A stretch of 15,377 nt of DNA, from positions 1-15,377 of the forward strand of contig JBCBZL010000088.1 in assembly GCA_039815385.1 (NCBI GenBank). Direction: 5' to 3'. This DNA is from Cyanobacteria bacterium P01_A01_bin.114. GTDB taxonomy: Bacteria; Cyanobacteriota; Cyanobacteriia; Phormidesmidales; Phormidesmidaceae. The notes beneath the pieces were generated by a model, which worked only from the letters and a program-made list of their open reading frames with translations, searched no databases and was not told the origin of the DNA. Positions 13,212 to 15,377 of the stretch are shown here, in pieces; position 1 is the stretch's first letter, and every line of letters begins with the position of its first letter. Made by a program: the position numbers and the translations under genes.

Positions 13212-15377
13212 ATGGCGACAAAATTTCCAAAATTTAGTCAGGATTTACAGCGAGATCCGACCACCCGTCGGCTCTTCTATTCGATCGCCACGGCCCATGA
13301 CTTCGAAAGCCACGATGGGATGACGGAGGAAAACCTTTACCAGAGGATTTTTGCCTCCCACTTTGGTCATCTCGCCATTATCTTCCTGTGGATATCGGGC
13401 ATTTTGTTTCATGTGGCCTGGCAGGGCAATTTTGAACAGTGGATTCAAGATCCGCTGAACCGATCACCAATTGCCCACGCGATTTGGGATGCCCAGTTTG
13501 GACCGGCTGCGATTGAAGCCTATACCCAGGCAGGTGCCAGGAATCCGGTGGATATTTGCTATTCCGGGGTCTATCACTGGTGGTACACCATCGGCATGCG
13601 CACCAACAACGATCTGTTTGTGGGTGCTATCTTTTTGCTGCTGCTAGCCTCGGTAATGCTCTATGCCGGGTGGCTACACCTACAGCCCCGCTTTCGCCCC
13701 AACTTAAGCTGGTTTAAGAATGCCGAGTCTCGCCTAAACCACCATCTAGCTGGTTTGTTTGGGGTCAGCTCCCTGGCCTGGGCTGGGCACTTAATCCACG
13801 TGGCCATTCCTGAATCACGGGGCCAGCATGTGGGCTGGGATAACTTTCTAGCTGTGCCGCCCCATCCCGCCGGGCTGACGCCGTTTTTCACCGGCAACTG
13901 GGGAGCCTATGCTCAAAATCCTGATACGGCAGAGCATATTTTCAACAGCTCTCAGGGCGCAGGCACCGCAATTCTCACCTTTCTAGGAGGCTTCCACCCC
14001 CAGACAGAATCCCTGTGGCTGACGGATATGGCCCATCACCACCTGGCAATCGCGGTGATCTTTATCATCGCGGGTCACATGTACCGCACTAACTTTGGCA
14101 TCGGTCACAATATTAAAGAAATGACCGAAGCCCTCCAGGGGCCAGGGTGGAAAGGGTTCTTTATTGCGCCTCGCACCGGGCGCGGTCACAAGGGTATCTA
14201 TGATGCCTACAACAACTCTCTGCACTTTCAGCTGGCCTGGCATCTGGCCTGTTTAGGCGTCGTGTGCTCCCTGGTGGCGCAGCACATGTATTCAATGCCG
14301 CCCTATGCCTTTATGGCTCGCGACTACACCACCATGTCGGCCCTCTATACCCATCACCAGTACATCGCTGGGTTCCTGATGGTGGGGGCATTTGCCCACG
14401 GGGCGATTTTCCTGGTGCGCGACTACGACCCAGAAGCCAACAAAGACAACGTGCTGGCTCGGGTGCTAGACCACAAAGAGGCGATTATTGCCCACCTTAG
14501 CTGGGTGTGCTTGTTCCTAGGTTTCCACACGCTGGGGCTCTACGTTCACAACGACTGCGAGGTGGCCTTTGGCGCGCCCGAAAAACAGATTCTGGTTGAG
14601 CCCGTCTTTGCCCAGTGGATTCAAGCCTTTCACGGCAAAGCCCTCTATGGCATCAACACCCTGCTGTCTAACCCGGACAGCATTGCCACCACGGCCTGGC
14701 CCAATCACGGCAACGTCTGGCTGTCGGGCTGGCTAGAAGGGATCAACAGCGGTGCCAACTCGCTGTTTCTGACCATTGGACCAGGCGACTTTTTGGTACA
14801 CCATGCGATCGCACTGGGCCTCCACGTCACCACTCTAATTTTGGTGAAAGGAGCCTTAGACGCTCGCGGCTCGAAGCTGATGCCAGACAAAAAAGACTTT
14901 GGCTATAGCTTCCCCTGTGACGGCCCCGGTCGCGGCGGCACCTGCGACATCTCCGCCTGGGATTCTTTTTACCTGGCCATGTTCTGGATGCTCAACACGT
15001 TAGGCTGGGTTACCTTCTACTGGCACTGGAAACACCTGGCCATTTGGGGTGGCAACGTTGCCCAGTTTAACGAAAGCTCAACCTACTTAATGGGCTGGTT
15101 CCGCGACTATCTGTGGCTCAATTCATCCCAGCTGATCAATGGCTACAACCCTTACGGCACCAACAACCTGGCCGTTTGGGCCTGGATGTTCCTGTTAGGC
15201 CATCTCGTCTGGGCGGTGAGCTTTATGTTCTTAATCACCTGGCGAGGCTACTGGCAAGAACTGATTGAGACCCTGCTGTGGGCCCATGAAAATACCCCCC
15301 TCTCCTTTGGCTATCCCAAAGATAAGCCCGTTGCCCTGTCTATCGTGCAGGCTCGACTGGTCGGGCTAACCCATTTC
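13212..15377 (+). CDS. psaB2: Photosystem I P700 apoprotein A2, far-red paralog (3' end truncated by the window; missing from the ORF track because no stop is reached)
   Basis: My own translation from ATG 13212 gives [60 protein letters not shown]... The frame stays open for 722 codons to 15377. It contains [28 protein letters not shown] (from 14880) and ends ...[46 protein letters not shown], about 20 residues short of a normal PsaB C-terminus. Confidence 0.93.
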   Translation, partial: MATKFPKFSQDLQRDPTTRRLFYSIATAHDFESHDGMTEENLYQRIFASHFGHLAIIFLWISGILFHVAWQGNFEQWIQDPLNRSPIAHAIWDAQFGPAAIEAYTQAGARNPVDICYSGVYHWWYTIGMRTNNDLFVGAIFLLLLASVMLYAGWLHLQPRFRPNLSWFKNAESRLNHHLAGLFGVSSLAWAGHLIHVAIPESRGQHVGWDNFLAVPPHPAGLTPFFTGNWGAYAQNPDTAEHIFNSSQGAGTAILTFLGGFHPQTESLWLTDMAHHHLAIAVIFIIAGHMYRTNFGIGHNIKEMTEALQGPGWKGFFIAPRTGRGHKGIYDAYNNSLHFQLAWHLACLGVVCSLVAQHMYSMPPYAFMARDYTTMSALYTHHQYIAGFLMVGAFAHGAIFLVRDYDPEANKDNVLARVLDHKEAIIAHLSWVCLFLGFHTLGLYVHNDCEVAFGAPEKQILVEPVFAQWIQAFHGKALYGINTLLSNPDSIATTAWPNHGNVWLSGWLEGINSGANSLFLTIGPGDFLVHHAIALGLHVTTLILVKGALDARGSKLMPDKKDFGYSFPCDGPGRGGTCDISAWDSFYLAMFWMLNTLGWVTFYWHWKHLAIWGGNVAQFNESSTYLMGWFRDYLWLNSSQLINGYNPYGTNNLAVWAWMFLLGHLVWAVSFMFLITWRGYWQELIETLLWAHENTPLSFGYPKDKPVALSIVQARLVGLTHF

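Noticed and set aside
11692-14890. Small ORFs inside psaA2 and psaB2 (11692-11976, 11721-11945, 12193-12477, 12740-12955, 13013-13207, 13245-13448, 13661-13897, 13983-14243, 14264-14500, 14517-14708, 14705-14890)
   Set aside because: All lie within or antisense to the continuous PsaA/PsaB reading frames and have no independent support.

Overview
This window is cyanobacterial. By eye I found 8 exact copies of the HIP1 palindrome GCGATCGC, against roughly 0.2 expected by chance in 15.4 kb. Almost the whole window is a far-red light photoacclimation (FaRLiP)-type gene cluster, meaning a set of second-copy photosynthesis genes. On the minus strand, in transcription order, are five allophycocyanin-family genes (tentatively apcD5/apcA2, apcB2, apcD2, a short two-REP apcE2, apcD3). 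A divergent D2 gene (psbD3) follows, and the left edge may hold the first codons of psbC2. The centre holds paralogs of the PSII lumenal/donor-side subunits: psbO, then psbF (44 aa, absent from the ORF track), converging on psbV. On the plus strand are a 'super-rogue' D1 paralog with the hallmarks of chlorophyll f synthase (chlF/psbA4), psaA2, and psaB2. The psaB2 frame is open to the window end and is also absent from the ORF track. The regulators rfpABC and the remaining FaRLiP genes (psbA3, psbB2, psbH2, psaL2/I2/F2/J2) are not in the window. The intergenic regions are unusually rich in repeats. They contain three related GGGGGG/CCCCCC-rich inverted-repeat elements, a 17-bp x7 tandem array facing a block of complementary octamer repeats, STRR-like heptamer/octamer arrays, a 15-bp x4 periodic repeat next to the apcD3 start codon, and short direct repeats upstream of psbO and chlF. 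The direct repeats are candidate far-red regulatory sites. Paralog numbering (D2/D3/D5, A2/B2) rests on gene order and my recollection of published FaRLiP clusters, and needs phylogenetic confirmation.
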